A stretch of 64,000 nucleotides of DNA, taken from positions 17,918,001-17,982,000 of the forward strand of contig JAGIQG010000014.1 in assembly GCA_024679065.1 (NCBI GenBank). The letters run 5' to 3'. Position numbers and translations under genes: made by a program. How positions within the stretch are numbered: the first letter of the stretch is position 1; every line of letters starts with the position of its first letter. Under the pieces are notes generated by a model. It did no database searches. It was not told the DNA's origin and saw only the letters and a list, made by a program, of their open reading frames with translations. This stretch comes from Sphyrna mokarran (taxonomy: Eukaryota). Shown here one piece after another: positions 61,194 through 64,000 of the stretch.

Positions 61194-62149
61194 TTTTATT
61201 GAATGGCAAACTTTGACCCATGGGTACTTAGTGCCCTAGGGTGGTACCCAATGCATAAAGATGGAGTTGGCTACCGTACTCTTTATTGCACCTTGGGAAG
61301 CATGCACACCAATTGATTGAGAATAATATTGGCTGTCATGTCCTGTCTGTCCCCCCGAGGATGCAATAGTGGGGCAATAATTAACTGTAAATTCCTTTAC
61401 TATCTGTGGGTCAAGGGCAGTGACACAATTGGCTGTCTGCCACGTAACCTTGGCACTTGTGGAGTTGTGCCCCAATATAAAGGGAGCTTCTTTTGGTGGT
61501 AGAACCACTAATCTGATTCAAGGACAGGCATCCATTTTGTGAGCATGCCATAAATTGCTTGCGTAATGCGAATTGCAGTACAGTTTCCCTGTCTTTTGTA
61601 GCCTCTCTCAGTCAGTTGCCCCGATCCCAGCTATATTCCCAGCAGCTTTTATCTGCCAAACTGTGAATATTAATAGAAGTAAATACCAGGAGACTGCAAC
61701 TCTATTGCAGGAGACTCAGCGAGTGCATTAGTTTTTGTGAGGCTTCCAGACATTTATGGAACAATATTTGCATAGGATCTGGGCACTTGGATTGTCGATT
61801 CCATCTTCCATTTTTTTCTTTTATTTTGAACAGTATATTGAATTCTTGTTTATTTGAATGGGTAGGTTATTTATTTTATCCATTATGGTCTGAGAGTACT
61901 GATAAGTTTCTGTGCAAGTCTGGCACGATTATTCTTCTGCTGCATTTGAAATCATAATCCTGTCTAATGGAATTCTGAGCTTCCTTGTTTAGTTAAGGAG
62001 CCACTGACCAGGGATCTGTTGGAGCAGGTAATTACTGTTGGTGCAAGTCATTCACTTTTCCTAACTGTGGATTCAGCCATTTGGTTAAAGGAGCCAGTTG
62101 TACCAACACCAACGCATTGTGAGCGTCACTGCTTGGGATCTGGGCACAG

Positions 62150-62318
62150 AAGCACTGGTTAACTTTCAATAAGGGATTGGCTAAATATGTGAAGATGGAA
62201 CAACTGCTGAGGCTATGTTGAAAGAACAGGACCTGTGGGACTAAGTAGGTGGTTCTTTCAAAGAGATGATAAAGACTTGATGGGCCAAATTGCCCCCTTC
62301 CACATCGTAAGATTCTAC
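62150..62318 (+). mobile_element. old CR1 3' remnant
   Basis: TTCAATAAGGGATTGGCTAAATATGTGAAG..GACTTGATGGGCCAAATTGCCCCCTTCC..TAAGATTCTA. Confidence 0.6.
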
Positions 62319-63680
62319 GCAGCAGCGCCATTGAGTGGTTAATATTCCGGCAATCCAGAATATCTCTGAATTCAAACTCTGTCCTAAGATCAAGCGTCAG
62401 ATAAATGCCTCATTTTGTCAGCTTGGACCTTGATTGTCTCCCTTGTGGGGACCATGAATTGGATACAATTAAAGTTTGAATTTGGTTTTTGGAGCAAGCA
62501 AGGAATGGATTTGGGTTTGCCTGGTCCATTCTGAGCATTGGCTTTGTGACTTAGAATGGATTAAAAAAATTTACAAATTCTGTCCCATAGTAGGATTGTT
62601 GACATTGACTGGAGCAACAATTGGACATCTCTTACTGCCCTCAGTGCGACAGGACTTGGAACAGCAGGAATCAGCTAGGGTTCCTGTTCCTGCTTGCTAC
62701 TTAGTGACTCCTGCTGCAAAGTTCACTCATAAAAAAGATCACTTGAGAGCAAAACTGTGTCTTGATTTTCTCTCTGTGCCCAACTAGCCTTTTATGAATC
62801 AATGCTCAGGCTAATAGATGAAGGAAGAATGGACAACAGGGGCAGGGATTAGGATATTGGAAAGCCAATAATACCAATTGAACATGACATGCCTTCAGAA
62901 GAGGAGAAGTGAAGGACAGTCAAGCAGCAAACGAAGTGGCACCATAACAAAGAATAAATAACTGCTGGAGAATGACTTAGACAGATAGACCATGTTCCTG
63001 TGTAGATTGAAGCTTGAGCTGCAAAGACAGCACTTTAAAGAACTTTTGTCTCTGTCCCTTATCTGACACAAGTGAAGGGTTAAAGTAAAGACCTGTTGCT
63101 GTTTTATTTAAGGCAACTCTAATGGATGTCCACCTGACAGGAGAGATGTGAAAGTTTACTTGCCGAAGTGGTATAAAGCAGAACATTCTTCAGGGACCAG
63201 CGGGATTTGTCTGTCCTACTAAGTAATTATTAAAGCTGAACTGTGAGGCAATAAAAGGACTCTTGGTACATGAGCTGCCACCTTGTCTCATTTCCCATGT
63301 CTCTCAGCTGTCAAGCTGTCCTGCCTTCCAAAAGAAGAGACCAATATGAATTTTATTTACCCCATTTGCTGTGAGTTAGAGTGTTTGAACTGCATTATAA
63401 CACAAATTACCATATTAAAATCCAGTGATGACAGTGAGTTTAGTGTTTTGTAGATTTATTTCCTCATTAGCATACTGCCCTTGGGCCAGTATAATTGGTA
63501 CAAGAAGACACTCTCGCCCTACCACTTATAATGTCCCCTTTTGAATCCAGATGGAAGCCAACACAGAGAACATTTAATACAGAGAGTAGAGGGGATTGTT
63601 TCATTATTCATGTAGCTTTGAACTAATAAAATACACTGTCAACATATTTGGAGATATTTGACCTAATTTAAATAGTAAGG

Positions 63681-64000
63681 TAGAACATAGAACATTACAG
63701 CACAGAACAGGCCCTTCGGCCCTTGATGTTGCGCCGACCAATATAAAAAGCAATGCCCCTCCAAACTAAACCATTCCCTTCTCTTCCATATACTTATCAA
63801 CTAACCTCTTAAACGCCACCAAACTTGGCGCATCTACAACTGCTGCAGGCAGGGCATTCCACTCCCGAACCACCCTTTGGGTAAAGAACCTACATCTGAT
63901 ATCCGTCCTATAACTATCACCCCTTAATTTAAAGCTGTGTCCCCTCGTGCTAGCTTTCTCCATCCTAGGAAAAAGGCTATCACTGTCCATCCTATCTAAA
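63681..64000 (-). mobile_element. young CR1 LINE 3' end (continues beyond the window)
   Basis: ORF 63766-63990 reads TRGHSFKLRG..RTDIR.RFFTQRVVREWNALPAAVVDA..FKRLVDKYM. The tail is AGAACATAGAACA..ACAGGCCCTTCGGCCC, and CpGs are retained. Confidence 0.92.

Noticed and set aside
1-64000. Prokaryotic or phage system, or a named host gene
   Set aside because: There are no long ORFs or operons, the repeats are vertebrate-type, and no exon was recognisable enough to name the surrounding gene.

Overview
This is eukaryotic, AT-rich, CpG-depleted DNA, almost certainly from an elasmobranch (shark) genome, judged from repeated HE1-type V-SINEs, Deu-domain SINEs and CR1 3' ends. I find no supportable intact protein-coding gene, rRNA, tRNA or CRISPR array. 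The window looks like a large intron or gene desert, and nearly all listed ORFs are chance or repeat-derived. Content: (i) a decayed 5'-truncated Penelope-like retroelement (RT C-terminus plus GIY-YIG, 32758-34095) and several short fold-back copies of its terminal repeat that carry hammerhead-ribozyme cores and 11-14 bp target-site duplications (TSDs); (ii) a second palindromic hammerhead-bearing family; (iii) HE1/V-SINEs with two different 3' tails; (iv) Deu-SINEs, CR1, L2 and Rex1/Babar remnants, often nested; (v) a 21-bp minisatellite and other tandem repeats; (vi) repeat-free, motif-dense blocks that look like conserved non-coding enhancers. Family names come from recalled consensus motifs, not database searches, and boundaries of old elements are approximate.
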